Source: Planctomycetia bacterium (GTDB lineage Bacteria > Planctomycetota > Planctomycetia > Pirellulales > UBA1268). Taken from it: 64,000 nucleotides of DNA. This document shows, piece by piece, positions 1 through 10,522 of the stretch (position 1 is the first letter of the stretch; each line of letters opens with the position of its first letter). The notes under the pieces were generated by a model, which was not told where the DNA came from, did no database searches, and was given only the letters and a program-made list of their open reading frames with translations. The DNA lies in assembly GCA_021414115.1 (NCBI GenBank), contig JAIOPD010000004.1, positions 4,982 to 68,981 of the forward strand. Reading direction: 5' to 3'. Made by a program: the position numbers and the translations under genes.

Positions 1-737
1 GCCCAGGAGCGAGTGGATCGTCGTCGGATGGGCCGCGGCGATCGCATCGCGAACGGCCTGCGGCGCATTCTTCACCTCGTCGGGAGCGTTGTCGTCGTTG
101 AGCCGCTGCTGCAGGGCCTCGGCCATGCGGGCCGCGGCCTTGCCCGTGGGGGCGGCGAGGGCGATCCGCATCTGGGGATCCTCCCGCAGCAGGTCGACCA
201 GCCGAATCGCCACCTGCGTCGTCTTCCCGGTGCCCGGGCCACCTGCGTCGTCTTCCCGGTGCCCGGTCCGCCAAGCAGGATCTCGAGCCGGTCGCCGGAC
301 AAGTGCAAGAGCCGGGCAATCTCCTGTTCCTCCTGCAGTGAGCGGGCCAGGTAGAGCCGCGAGCCCTCGAGAATGAACGGGGCTCGCGCACCGGGGGAGC
401 CGACGAGCGGCCCGGCCGATGCAAGCGCCGTCCGCCACACCCCGACATCGCTTGTCCACCCGAGGCCACCGGCCGCCGCGGGGTCGAAGTCACCCCGCCA
501 GTCGTCGAGCGCGTCGAAGAACACGCAGGTGTGTCCGTCGCGGGGTGTCCGCAGCGCGAGGCACATCGCGAGCCACGCCCGCGCATCAGGGGCCACCGTG
601 GGATCGGCGCGGCGGGCGATGCCGACAAGCGTGGTGACGGCGGCGACGTCGGCCGCGGAGATCATGCCGGCTGCCACGGAGGCCGCGATCTCCGCCGGCA
701 CGGCGGGGGCAGAATCGATCGAAGCCGTGATGGTCAT
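1..737 (-). pseudogene. recD: Exodeoxyribonuclease V alpha subunit (RecD), 5' part. It runs off the window edge and is frameshifted by a 29-bp duplication at 209-266 (possibly an assembly artefact).
   Basis: ATG at 737 overlaps the recB stop (ATGA). Motifs LYLARS..EQEIA and Walker A GGPGTGKTT are present. After removing one 29-bp copy the frame continues ..RIALAAPTGKAAARMAEAL..PTTIHSLLG, which are RecD helicase motifs. Confidence 0.8.
209..266. repeat. Perfect 29-bp tandem duplication (GCCACCTGCGTCGTCTTCCCGGTGCCCGG x2) inside recD
   Basis: Copies read directly at 209-237 and 238-266. Confidence 0.95.
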
Positions 738-3700
738 GGCCGCACTCCCGTACGATCGCCAGACAGCAGGTCGCTCAGCCGCCGCCAGATCGTGGACGGC
801 GGCAGCCAGGTGAAGACGCCGTAGCGACGGCCCTCTGCGTCGATCGGAGTGCCGTCGCCCTTCATTCCACGCACGAACGTGTAGACGATGCCCGCGATGC
901 ACTCGCCCGGATCCCAGTCGGCCGGCTTCCGGGGGCCGAGCCGCCAGCGCAGCATCCGGAAGAGCGCGGTGCCGTAGACGAGAGCCTGCAGAGGGTAGTG
1001 GGCGTGGGCCATCTCCGCAGCCATGCCTGTCACCGAGTAGGCCGCCAGGGGCACCGCGTCGGCGGCTTCATGGAGCGTGTTGGTTTTGTAGTCCACGATG
1101 ACGAGCCGCGGATCGTCGTGCGGCCTGTCGGGCAGCCGGAGCACGGCGTCGATCTGGCCGTTGATCAGGCCGGCGAGCGGCACGTTGAACGAGTCTCCAG
1201 CGAGCAGCCGGGCGTAACCCCGCAAAGGATCGCCGTCGGTCAGGATCTTGTCGAGCACTCGGCCGATGTCGCTGACGAGCACGCCCTCAGCGATGCCCGC
1301 CATGCCCATTTCGAAGTCCATTTCGACGAGCCGGTGCTCCTTCGAGAAATCGACGAGCCGTGAATCTCGAAAGAGCGCCGTCGGCGGGCCACCGAAGGGC
1401 GTGTGCAGCGCGGCGACGATCAGGTCGGTGAGGAGGTCGTGCCGCTCTCGCAGCATCCGCGACGTGGCCAGCTGCTCGACCAGGCCACGGATGGCGGAGG
1501 TGACTTCTTCTCGAGGCTGCCCCGGTGCGAGGTCGAGACGCTCGAAGATGTCGTGGACCGTCGAGCCGAAGGCGGTGCCTCCCGGCAGATCAACAATTCG
1601 GAACGCCTCCACGCCGGCGGGGTGGACGGGCGGTAGCAGGGTTTTCGCGCCGGCGGCCGCCGCGGTGTGCGGATCGGAGAGCTCGATGGCGGCCGCCACC
1701 TCATCGGCAGCCGAGCCGGGAATCGCCTCGTCGCGGCCATGCCCGAGCGGAGTGTGGTGATCCTCGGCCATGCCGGCCGCGGAGTTGGTGATCGAACTGA
1801 ACGACGTGCGTCGGTAGGTCTGCTCCACCTGCGGAGGCAGGGGTGCGATGCCCGGCGATGACGGTTCTTCCGGCTGGTTCGCACCCCGCGGCGTCTCGGG
1901 TGGGCTCCAGTGCTTGACCGCCGGCAGTTCCGTCGCCTGCTTCACGGCGATGCGGTCGCGCTGGTCGGCTGGGATGTCGGCGGCGGTGGCCGGTCCGGCG
2001 GGCATCACGTTTTTCAGAAGCGATTCCTCCCACGCGGCAGATCTCAGCACGGTGATGTGGTGCCTGGGCCGGGTGACGGCGACGTAGAGCAGCCGGCAGA
2101 GTTCTTCGTTGTCGGCCGTGATGACCCGGACCTTCGCCTGCGCCGACGTCCTGATGTCGGAGAGCGCGAGCCCGACGTCGAGCCGGCGAGCGGTGCCCTC
2201 GTAAAACACGGCGGCGCCCCGCTGATCCTGCGGCCTCTTCGCCTTCCACGAGGCGGCGACGACGAGCGCCGGAAACTCGAGCCCCTTGGCCGCGTGCACC
2301 GTCATGATCCGCACCGCGTCCTCGTCGCTCTCGACCCGGCGGCTCACGATCTCGTTTGTGTTGTCCAGTTGCGCGAGGTCGGTGAAGTGCTCGAGCACCT
2401 CCCGGGCCGGGGTGCCGCGGCCGCTGCTCATGTCGTGCAGAAGTTCGACGATGTGGCCGAGATCGACGACGCGGCGCTCGCCCTCCCGTCCGGTCGCCAG
2501 GTTGTGTGCCACCTCCGTCTCGGCCAGCATGGCGCCGGCCATGGCGGCCACGCCCTTGCGCTGCAGGGCGGCATGCCACGTCGCGATTCGTTCCTGGATC
2601 GCCTGAAGATCCTCGTCCGAAAGCCGGGTGTCTTCCGTGAGTGGCTTGCCGAAGAACGTGGTGGCGGCCGCGCGGCGGGCCCGCCCGCTGTCGCTCGGCC
2701 GCTCCATCGCCTCGAGGAGCACCCGCAGATCCTCGGCCGCCTGGCCCTGCATCACGCTGGCCGTGCCCATGGTCACCGCGGGAATGGAAAACCGGCCGAG
2801 TCGCGCGGCGATCGCAGTTCCGTCGGCGTTGGTGCGGCAGAGAACGCAGATTTCCTTGGGCCGGAACGGCCGGGCCTCGCCGTCGAGAAAGCAGGGAGTG
2901 GTGAGCAGTTCGTGCACGCGGTTGACGGCGACGTCCTCGCGGCGGGCCTCGCCGACATCGATGAACTCGACGGGCCGCAGGCCCTGCACACGCGAGGCTG
3001 TGCGGCTCTTCTCGGGCCCCACGGCCTCGTAGGGGATGCCCGCGCCGAAGGTGGCGCCTGCCATGGCGGCGTTGAGCCCAAGGAGCAGGGGGCCGTCGGA
3101 ACGGTAGTTCACCCGCAGCGTGCGCGGCGGCGTTGAACCCTTCTTCGTGCCATCGCCCTGAGCAAAGTGGAGGTAGGCCGTGACATCCGCCCCACGGAAG
3201 CCGTAGATGGCCTGCTTCGGGTCGCCAACAGAAAGCAGGCGCCGATCGCCATCGGGTGGAAACAGCAGGTGGAGAAACTCCCACTGCAGGCGGCTCGTGT
3301 CCTGGGCCTCGTCCACGATCGCAAGCCGGTACTTGGCGTGGAGCGACTCCCGGAATGACTTCTGCTTCGGGTCGTCACCCTTGATCTCGTCACGTGCCAG
3401 TCGGAGCAGATCATCGAAGCTCGGCGTCGCCCGCAGGCGGTCCTGAACCCTCTCCACGCATTCCTTCACGACCCGGGCCGCCGCCTCGAGGGCCTCGATT
3501 TCGCCCGATGTGCGGCCCTCTGCGTCATACCACGGCTCGATGTACGGGTCGCCGAGGTGCTTCTCGACGAGCGTCCGCAGACCGTCTTCGCTCCAGTCGT
3601 GCTGCCGTGGCGGCTCCGCTTCCCCACCCGTTCGCGTGGTCATCGTCGCGGCGACGATCGCGTCGTTGACGACCTCGGCCACGACCTGCTGGCGGAGGTC

Positions 3701-4135
3701 TTCGCTGCCCGATTCGGAGGCCTGGCTGCCGGCCATCCGCAGAATAGCCGCGCAGATCGAGTGAACCGTGCCGATCGTCGCGGTGTCGAACTCGGCAAGC
3801 GCCCGCTCGAGTCGTCGGGCCTTGGCTGGCCGGTCGGCGGCGGGCATGAGCAGCCGGGCATCGAGCGGGTCGGCCGCGGGCCCGGCTGCGGCCGACTCAT
3901 CGCGGAGCAGCCTGGCGGTGGCCGCGATCCGCGTGCGGATCCGGTGCTTTAGCTCGGCGGCCGCGGACCGGGCGAATGTCGTGATGAGCACGTTGCCGAT
4001 CCGCAGCCCCGGATCTTCCGCGAGCGCGAGCGTGACGAGCGCAGCGACAGTGTAGGTCTTGCCCGTGCCGGCGCTCGCCTGAATCAGCGTGCCGTTGGGC
4101 GGGAGGTCGTCGGCGAGGTTGAACTCGGTCGTCAT
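734..4135 (-). CDS. recB: Exodeoxyribonuclease V beta subunit (UvrD-type helicase + C-terminal PD-(D/E)xK nuclease)
   Basis: 1133 aa. Motifs ASAGTGKT, VDEAQDT, VGDPKQAIYGFRGAD, MTVHAAKGLEF, LLYVAVTR and nuclease GQIDAV..IVDYKT..YPLQAL. Lies between recC and recD. Confidence 0.93.
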   Translation of the reverse strand: MTTEFNLADDLPPNGTLIQASAGTGKTYTVAALVTLALAEDPGLRIGNVLITTFARSAAAELKHRIRTRIAATARLLRDESAAAGPAADPLDARLLMPAADRPAKARRLERALAEFDTATIGTVHSICAAILRMAGSQASESGSEDLRQQVVAEVVNDAIVAATMTTRTGGEAEPPRQHDWSEDGLRTLVEKHLGDPYIEPWYDAEGRTSGEIEALEAAARVVKECVERVQDRLRATPSFDDLLRLARDEIKGDDPKQKSFRESLHAKYRLAIVDEAQDTSRLQWEFLHLLFPPDGDRRLLSVGDPKQAIYGFRGADVTAYLHFAQGDGTKKGSTPPRTLRVNYRSDGPLLLGLNAAMAGATFGAGIPYEAVGPEKSRTASRVQGLRPVEFIDVGEARREDVAVNRVHELLTTPCFLDGEARPFRPKEICVLCRTNADGTAIAARLGRFSIPAVTMGTASVMQGQAAEDLRVLLEAMERPSDSGRARRAAATTFFGKPLTEDTRLSDEDLQAIQERIATWHAALQRKGVAAMAGAMLAETEVAHNLATGREGERRVVDLGHIVELLHDMSSGRGTPAREVLEHFTDLAQLDNTNEIVSRRVESDEDAVRIMTVHAAKGLEFPALVVAASWKAKRPQDQRGAAVFYEGTARRLDVGLALSDIRTSAQAKVRVITADNEELCRLLYVAVTRPRHHITVLRSAAWEESLLKNVMPAGPATAADIPADQRDRIAVKQATELPAVKHWSPPETPRGANQPEEPSSPGIAPLPPQVEQTYRRTSFSSITNSAAGMAEDHHTPLGHGRDEAIPGSAADEVAAAIELSDPHTAAAAGAKTLLPPVHPAGVEAFRIVDLPGGTAFGSTVHDIFERLDLAPGQPREEVTSAIRGLVEQLATSRMLRERHDLLTDLIVAALHTPFGGPPTALFRDSRLVDFSKEHRLVEMDFEMGMAGIAEGVLVSDIGRVLDKILTDGDPLRGYARLLAGDSFNVPLAGLINGQIDAVLRLPDRPHDDPRLVIVDYKTNTLHEAADAVPLAAYSVTGMAAEMAHAHYPLQALVYGTALFRMLRWRLGPRKPADWDPGECIAGIVYTFVRGMKGDGTPIDAEGRRYGVFTWLPPSTIWRRLSDLLSGDRTGVRP

Positions 4136-7100
4136 GAGAGGCGATAGCCGACTGCGGCACTCACGTACGAGGGATCGATGAACTGCTGGAAGCCGTCGAG
4201 GAACTGAACACGCTCGGAACCGGGTGCGAACACGGCCTCGAACTCAGGAGCGTTGCCATAGACGGTGAACTCGGATGTGCTCGGATACCAGTCACTGGTC
4301 ACATGCTGGTCGAACTGGTCCGGCCGCGCCTCACGCTTGCAGGCGATCACGCCGCCGAATGCCGGCCGTGGAGCCGCGACCGCCTCCTTGATGAGCACGG
4401 CGATGTCGCACAGCCGACGTCTCGCGGCGTGAGGAGCCATCAGTTCATCGGCCAGTCGAACGATGCGAGCCTGCCAGACTTCCATGAGCCGATCCGGCTC
4501 TTTCTTCGTCGGACTCTTCTTGCCGGGTTTCCAGTTGTCACGACGGCTGATGATCGTGGCATGCGACACGTCGATGTCAGCCGCCCGCGCGGCGAGCAGC
4601 TTGATGGCGGCGGCGTGGATCGGCCGTCCGAAGGAGGCGGCCTTGATTTCCTTGGGACTGACGAAGAGAAGCTGCTTGCCTTTCGGCTCCACGTTTTCGA
4701 GATTGCCGACGAGACGGAAGTGCTCGAGATCGATCGCGCCGAGGGGTTCGGCGACCCGGGCGGCGTAGTTCAACTCATGGGCGGCGAGCCCATCTCTCAG
4801 CCCCTGGGCCAGAAGCACGATCTCCTCGAGCTGCCGGTCACCGTGCGGCCCGTGCGGGAGTCGCCCGCTGCGCACCATGGCCTCCTCCCATGCAGACTGG
4901 CCGTGGGGATCGGTGGCGAGCACGGTGAGCAGTTCGAGCGTCAGTTCGCGGACGGCCTTTTTTCCGAGCGCAAGCGGCAGCGTGGCGGGCGTCGCCATTT
5001 CGTCGGCTCGCCACGTGCTGACGCCGAACGCCTGCTCGAGATACAGCCCCAGCGGATCCCGCACGAACTGCTCGAGGAACGCCACGTCGATCTCGGGCTT
5101 CTCGGTGGAGGGTGCCTCCGCGCTCTCTGCGACCGCTGCCGGTGGCGGTATGCCGGGAGATCCGGAGGTCGTGCGACCGGCGGCTGCCACGGACGCACCC
5201 GGCCGCTCCCCGACCGCTCTGGCCACTTGTGCCGCGATCGGGTCGTGGCTCCAGATGACGCCGGGCTGCACCGACCCGGGGAGAAAGTTCTTCCTGCCGA
5301 GATGGTGTCGCGGCTGATCGATCTCGATCCCGCTTTGGCCTGTGATCTTCTCGCGAGCCACGCCGTGTCGCACGGCGAAGTCGGCCAGTTCCGCCAGCGG
5401 TGTGACCAGCGGGACGACCTCGTTGGTCTTCACGTCGCGGCCCGTGCAGGTGATCACCAGCCGCTCCTCTGCGGCCAGCAGGCAGTCGAGCAGGGCCCTG
5501 CGGCCTTCCGAACGCGGATCGACGTCGCCCACGAGCGGCATCTTCGCGACGAGGTCGTCCTTGGAAGGATCCGTCGCGCCGAATGCCTTGTCGTCGTAGC
5601 CGATGACACAGACGACGCGGAACGGCACGCCCCGCAACGGCACCATCGACGTCGCCGTGATCGCGCCGGTGCGAAGCGGCTGCCGGCCGGCCTGCTCCGC
5701 GAACCACTCGGCGAGCAGCGTGCGGATCTCCTCGAACGCGACGCGGCGGTCGGCCGCGGCGCCGGCCGCGGCCTCGCGGAGCCGGCGGAGCTCTGCGAGT
5801 GGCTCGGCCAACTGGCGGCACCGCTCGCCGCACAGGGCGACGAGCGCGAGTTCAATCGCATCGCACCACTCCGCAGCGGGCCTGGGTGTGGCCGACAGGC
5901 CGGCGAGGACGCCGACCACTTCGAGCACACGGATGAGCTTCGTGATCGAGGCGACGTCGGCCGGATCGAGGCCGGCCAGCGGCACGACGCCGCCGAGTTC
6001 GGGCTTCGGCGTGTCGTCGGGCAGCAGGGCCCCGAGCAGCATCTGTTCGAGCCCGGACTTCCAGGTGTGGATGTCACGCAGGCTCACGTCGCCGATCGAG
6101 AGGCCGCGACGCTCCCGATGGCCGTGATCGAGTCCCCACCGCACCTGCGTCTGCGCGAGGAGGTTTTCCCAGGCGGCGACCGTGTCGTCGTCGATCCCGA
6201 GATGCGGCCGCACGAGGGGATGGCCTGCGACGCCCAGCACGTCGTCCACCGAACACCGTGAGCCCGGCAACGCGAGGACCCGGGAGAGCAGGTCGATCGC
6301 CTCGCTGGTCTCGCGAAGACCACGGTCGGCCACCACGAGCGGCAGTGTGATCTTCCGCTCCTTGCCTTCGTGGTCGAGACCGACCACGGTCCGCTGGAAG
6401 ACCGCCTCGAGGTGCGGAGCCGCCTTGTCGAGGCAGGGGCTGACGATCACGACATCGTGGGGCTGAAGGCCTGCGAGGCCGTGGCGCTTTGGATCGGCGA
6501 AGGCGTGGAGGAGCGACTCGTGGAGCACCTCTGCCTGCCGGGAGAGACTGTGGCAGCGATGGATCGTGATCGAATGATCGACCGCGGGGTCGTGCTGCAC
6601 CGACTCCGGGTTGCGACCCGAGGCCACCGTACACTGCATCCGCTCGAGCAGGCTCGTCGGCGGCTCTCCCCCGGCCTCCGGCACGTCCACCACGGCGACG
6701 CCCTGCGACGTGATCAGGGTCTGGAGTTCTCGGGCCCCGCTCAGCCAGATGGCCGGCAGCGGATCGAAGTCCGCCGACAGGACGGGCTCATCGGCCTCGG
6801 CGGCTTCCGCCTCGCTCTTTCGGCTGTTCCGCCGCAGCGGCCGGCCGCGGAGTTTCTCCTCGAGCGGCTGGGGGCCTGTCTTTTGCCATTCGGCCCGCAG
6901 TCCGGGCGACGGATGGACGAGCAGCGCCTCCACGTCGCACGCCGTGGCCAGTTCTTCGAGGGCCTGAAGCTGGGGCCACGAAAGCGACTGGAGACCGGCC
7001 ACGAGGAGCGGGGAGTGCGGACCACGATGCGCGACGCTCGCCCGCGCTGGCGGCGACTTTCTCGCGATTCGCTGCCGCACGATTCTCCAGAGGTCGAACT

Positions 7101-7635
7101 GCCAACGGTCCTGGTCGGGGAGCAGGTCGGGAATCGGCTCGCCGTTTTGTTGCACGTCGTTGGCCGTGGGATTCATGTGCCGCGTGGGCGTGTCGCGATC
7201 CCACTCGAGGATCATTCCCGGCCGGCGAACGTGATATTCGTCGAACAGGCCCGCGATCCGCCGCGCGGTGAGGAGCGGCTCGCGGTGGACGTCGAACGGG
7301 ATGCCGAGCGCGTCGGCGTCTGGGCCCGTGATCACGTCGAGCACGGCGAACGTGAGCCGGTCGAACGACCACGGATCGGGCTCCCGGCTCCGCGGCGGCT
7401 GCAGCAGCGAGAGGAGCGTGCCGGGGTAGGAGATCTCGACGTTGGCGACGATGCCATCGCCGCCGCCGCCGGCCCCTAGCCTCGTCGCCAGTTCGCTCCA
7501 GAGCCAGGCTTTCGCACCGGCCGTCGGCACCACGATCCGGGGCTTCGCAAAGAGGTCGCGGTCGCGGGAAAGAAACTCCTCGGCCGGGTCGAGGATCTCT
7601 CGCAGACTCGAGACGTAGCGGATGGCGAGTGGCAT
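4132..7635 (-). CDS. recC: Exodeoxyribonuclease V gamma subunit
   Basis: Likely start MPLAIRYV at 7635 (the ORF track extends upstream to 8193). Motifs IHRCHSLSRQAEVLHE, VRWGLD, TWKSGLEQMLLG, MVPLRGVPFRVVCVIG. Stop overlaps the recB ATG. Confidence 0.9.
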   Translation of the reverse strand: MPLAIRYVSSLREILDPAEEFLSRDRDLFAKPRIVVPTAGAKAWLWSELATRLGAGGGGDGIVANVEISYPGTLLSLLQPPRSREPDPWSFDRLTFAVLDVITGPDADALGIPFDVHREPLLTARRIAGLFDEYHVRRPGMILEWDRDTPTRHMNPTANDVQQNGEPIPDLLPDQDRWQFDLWRIVRQRIARKSPPARASVAHRGPHSPLLVAGLQSLSWPQLQALEELATACDVEALLVHPSPGLRAEWQKTGPQPLEEKLRGRPLRRNSRKSEAEAAEADEPVLSADFDPLPAIWLSGARELQTLITSQGVAVVDVPEAGGEPPTSLLERMQCTVASGRNPESVQHDPAVDHSITIHRCHSLSRQAEVLHESLLHAFADPKRHGLAGLQPHDVVIVSPCLDKAAPHLEAVFQRTVVGLDHEGKERKITLPLVVADRGLRETSEAIDLLSRVLALPGSRCSVDDVLGVAGHPLVRPHLGIDDDTVAAWENLLAQTQVRWGLDHGHRERRGLSIGDVSLRDIHTWKSGLEQMLLGALLPDDTPKPELGGVVPLAGLDPADVASITKLIRVLEVVGVLAGLSATPRPAAEWCDAIELALVALCGERCRQLAEPLAELRRLREAAAGAAADRRVAFEEIRTLLAEWFAEQAGRQPLRTGAITATSMVPLRGVPFRVVCVIGYDDKAFGATDPSKDDLVAKMPLVGDVDPRSEGRRALLDCLLAAEERLVITCTGRDVKTNEVVPLVTPLAELADFAVRHGVAREKITGQSGIEIDQPRHHLGRKNFLPGSVQPGVIWSHDPIAAQVARAVGERPGASVAAAGRTTSGSPGIPPPAAVAESAEAPSTEKPEIDVAFLEQFVRDPLGLYLEQAFGVSTWRADEMATPATLPLALGKKAVRELTLELLTVLATDPHGQSAWEEAMVRSGRLPHGPHGDRQLEEIVLLAQGLRDGLAAHELNYAARVAEPLGAIDLEHFRLVGNLENVEPKGKQLLFVSPKEIKAASFGRPIHAAAIKLLAARAADIDVSHATIISRRDNWKPGKKSPTKKEPDRLMEVWQARIVRLADELMAPHAARRRLCDIAVLIKEAVAAPRPAFGGVIACKREARPDQFDQHVTSDWYPSTSEFTVYGNAPEFEAVFAPGSERVQFLDGFQQFIDPSYVSAAVGYRLS

Positions 7636-7762
7636 GAGGCGTCCTTGCGAAACGATACCGCATATCGTCTCCGGCCTGGGCGGGCGGGCGCTTCGCCGCC
7701 GACCACTTCGCCGAGCGGTCCTGGTTTGCCGACGCGCCGCACCACATCGACCGGAGACGATT

Positions 7763-9355
7763 TTAGGGCAACTCGCCCCGATTCTCGACGGCGAAGAGGT
7801 GCTTCTGGGAGGCCACAAACAGCGTGCCGTTGGCGGCCGTCGGCACCGACCAGACCGCCGAACCGAGGCGGACGTCGGCGAGATGTTTTCGCTCGCGTCC
7901 GGCCTGAAGCACCGTGAGGCCCCGCCGCGTTCCCACATAGACCTTGGCGTCGGCCACGACGGTGGATGACCAGATCTCCTCGCGGGTGTCATAGACCCAC
8001 TCGCGTGTGCCGGTCGCGGCGTCGAGGCAATGGATCTTCCCCGTGTGTTCGGCCGCGTACACGAGCCCATCGGCAATGGACACGGTCGAGAGCGAACGAC
8101 CGATGTCGAGATACCGCCAGACGACGCCCGACAGGCTGACGTCGCCCGAGCCGTCAGCCCGCAGGCACGTGATCGCTCCGCGACCAGCTCCATGGAGCGG
8201 GTCCTGGCCGATGGTCACGTAGATGCGGCCGCCATGAAAGACCGGTGAGCCGATGATCTCACTCGGGCTCACGAGCATCCCGTCGCGGTCGAGTGTCCGA
8301 GGGCCGCCGCGGACCAGGGCCCAGTAGTCGATCGGCTTACCATCCTGGACGCGATAGCCCGGCGGATTGCAGTCGCACTTCCACGCCTGGCGGAGAACCG
8401 TCTCGCGACTACCTGCGGCCGACGCGAGTTCAAACCCGTAGCAGGTGCCATCGCCGCCGCCATAGACCACCAGGGGCCGCTCGGCTGTCGGCGCGAAGGT
8501 GGGCGATGACCACTGGCCGTGGAACGTGCCGCCGCTGATCGTGCCGTCATCTCTGGCGAGAAGCCGGCCGGTCCGCTTGTCGAGCGCCACCAGAGACGCC
8601 GCCGTGGGCAGCACCATCTTTCCGTCGTAGACGCCGTTGCCCGTGCCGACGTAGGCACAGTCGCCCACCACGAGAATCGAGCAGTTGGTGGCATCGTGCG
8701 GAAACACCGGAAGGTCGCGGAGCATGTCGAACCTCCAGACGACGTCAGCGTCGGAGGTCCCGAGGTCGATGGGCTTCGCCGTCGACGGCACCATGAACGA
8801 CGCTTCGTCGGTGAACGGGCCGTCGTTGCCATCGGCCATTCCGTCGGCGTCGAGGCAGAGCGCCTCGCAGCGGTTCGTCACCACGTAGACGCGGTCGTCA
8901 TCGACCGTCGCGGTCGAGCAGATGCCAAGCTTCATGGCGTCGAAGTCTTCGCTCACCTTCGAGCGGTCGATCTCGAGTTTTGGGACGACGAGTCGCCAGA
9001 GCAGCCGCCCGGACTTCTCGTCGAGGCACAGGAGCACGCCCCCTTCGGTCGTCTCGAAACGGGGATCGTCGATGTCCTCGTCGTTGGTGCCGACGTAGAC
9101 CCGGCCGCCGGCGACGACCGCGCTGGAGTAGTTCTCACCGCCGATCCTCACGACCCAGCGGACATTCTTCGAGGTCGTCGGGTCGAGACCAAGGCGGTCG
9201 CGGCGGCGCTTGCCGGGATGGAAACTCGCCGGGAGATCGCGTTCTTCAGCGGAGAGGTTGCGCGTGGCGCTGCCGCCCCATTGCGGCCAGTCACCGCCCC
9301 AGGCAGGCACGGCCGCGAGGAGGATCGTTCCGATCACGAGCGCGAATCGAGCCAT
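7763..9355 (-). CDS. Secreted PQQ-binding-like beta-propeller protein (BamB-like, planctomycete-expanded family)
   Basis: Signal peptide followed by DWPQWGG..RN. Repeated 'S(S/T)P/AxxdgrVY' and 'CLD..SG..W' blades. Confidence 0.85.
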   Translation of the reverse strand: MARFALVIGTILLAAVPAWGGDWPQWGGSATRNLSAEERDLPASFHPGKRRRDRLGLDPTTSKNVRWVVRIGGENYSSAVVAGGRVYVGTNDEDIDDPRFETTEGGVLLCLDEKSGRLLWRLVVPKLEIDRSKVSEDFDAMKLGICSTATVDDDRVYVVTNRCEALCLDADGMADGNDGPFTDEASFMVPSTAKPIDLGTSDADVVWRFDMLRDLPVFPHDATNCSILVVGDCAYVGTGNGVYDGKMVLPTAASLVALDKRTGRLLARDDGTISGGTFHGQWSSPTFAPTAERPLVVYGGGDGTCYGFELASAAGSRETVLRQAWKCDCNPPGYRVQDGKPIDYWALVRGGPRTLDRDGMLVSPSEIIGSPVFHGGRIYVTIGQDPLHGAGRGAITCLRADGSGDVSLSGVVWRYLDIGRSLSTVSIADGLVYAAEHTGKIHCLDAATGTREWVYDTREEIWSSTVVADAKVYVGTRRGLTVLQAGRERKHLADVRLGSAVWSVPTAANGTLFVASQKHLFAVENRGELP

Positions 9356-9475
9356 GGTGACTACCGTGCTCCAGGAGATGCCGGCGGATTGCGTTCGTCG
9401 ATTGCGAGAAGACGAATCGTAGGCACGCCTGGGCCGCCGATCCAATCACGGCCAGAAGCTACCGTGAATTTCCCG

Positions 9476-10522
9476 TCAGCGGGCTGGCGCGGCGGCCGGC
9501 TCGACCCGCTTCAGCAGCCGGAAGAAGTCGCTGTCGGTCGTGAGCACGACCGTGCTGTCGCTACCGAGCGTCTTCTTGTAGGTGTCGAGCGTCTGCACGA
9601 AGCCGTAAAAGTCAGCCGCCTGCGGGCTCGAGGCATAGGCCTTCGAGTAGACCTCCGAGGCCTGGGCATCGGCCGCACCCTTGATCTCCTGCACTTTCCG
9701 ATAGGCATCCGACTGGATCCGCTGGAGGTCCTTGTCGCGACGGCCCTCGATCTTGGCCGCCTCGCCCGCGCCCTCCGAACGGAACCGTTCGGCGATCTGC
9801 ATCCGCTCCGAAATCATCCGGTCGTAGATCTTCTCGATCACGCCCTCTTTGTAGTTCACCCGTTTCACGCGGACGTCGAGCAGTTCGATCCCCCAGAGCC
9901 CCATCTTCGGGGCCGCGGCCGCGAGGATCTCGCGCTCGAGTTCCTTGCGGCCGAAGCGGATCGGCGGCAGTGTGCCGACCGTCGCCGAGGCCTCGGCGAT
10001 CGTGGCATCCTGCTCGGGCTTGCGTGTTTTGTCGGAGCGCACGAGCTCGATGAGATCATGCCGCGCGACGACGTTGCGAGTCTCGCTGCCGATGATGTCG
10101 TCGATCCGCGAGAGGGCGCTGCGCTCGTCGCGCAGGCTCTGGAAGTAGACGAGCGGATCGACGATCCGCCAGCGGGCGAACGTATCGACCACCACGTAGA
10201 GCTTGTCGCGGGTCGTCATCTCGTTGGGGATGCCGTCCCATTCCAGGATCCGCTTGTCGAACCGGTTGGCCTGCTGGACGAAGGGCACCTTGAAATGGAG
10301 CCCGGCCCCGGCCCCGGCCCCGGAGTTCGAGTTGATCGGGCTGCCCACGGGCCGGCCAAACTGCGTGAGGACCACCTGCTCGGTCTGGTGGACCGTGTAG
10401 GCGCAGCCGAAGATCAGCACGGCGGCCGCGACTCCGGCGATGGCACCGAGCGGCGAGAAGAGCCAGTCGGTGAGCCGCCGGGCCCACTGCAGCAGAGGAT
10501 GGTTGATCGGAAGGGGACTCAT
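9476..10522 (-). CDS. hflC: Protease modulator HflC (SPFH domain)
   Basis: N-terminal TM. Motifs VLTQFGRP, GLHFKVPF, DTFARWRIVDP, IYDRMISERMQIAERFRSEG, FYGFVQTLDTY. Overlaps the hflK stop. Confidence 0.93.
   Translation of the reverse strand: MSPLPINHPLLQWARRLTDWLFSPLGAIAGVAAAVLIFGCAYTVHQTEQVVLTQFGRPVGSPINSNSGAGAGAGLHFKVPFVQQANRFDKRILEWDGIPNEMTTRDKLYVVVDTFARWRIVDPLVYFQSLRDERSALSRIDDIIGSETRNVVARHDLIELVRSDKTRKPEQDATIAEASATVGTLPPIRFGRKELEREILAAAAPKMGLWGIELLDVRVKRVNYKEGVIEKIYDRMISERMQIAERFRSEGAGEAAKIEGRRDKDLQRIQSDAYRKVQEIKGAADAQASEVYSKAYASSPQAADFYGFVQTLDTYKKTLGSDSTVVLTTDSDFFRLLKRVEPAAAPAR

Noticed and set aside
10301-10323. (CCCGGC) x ~4 hexamer run in hflC as a contingency locus
   Set aside because: Short and frame-preserving; it only encodes a GAGAGAG linker.
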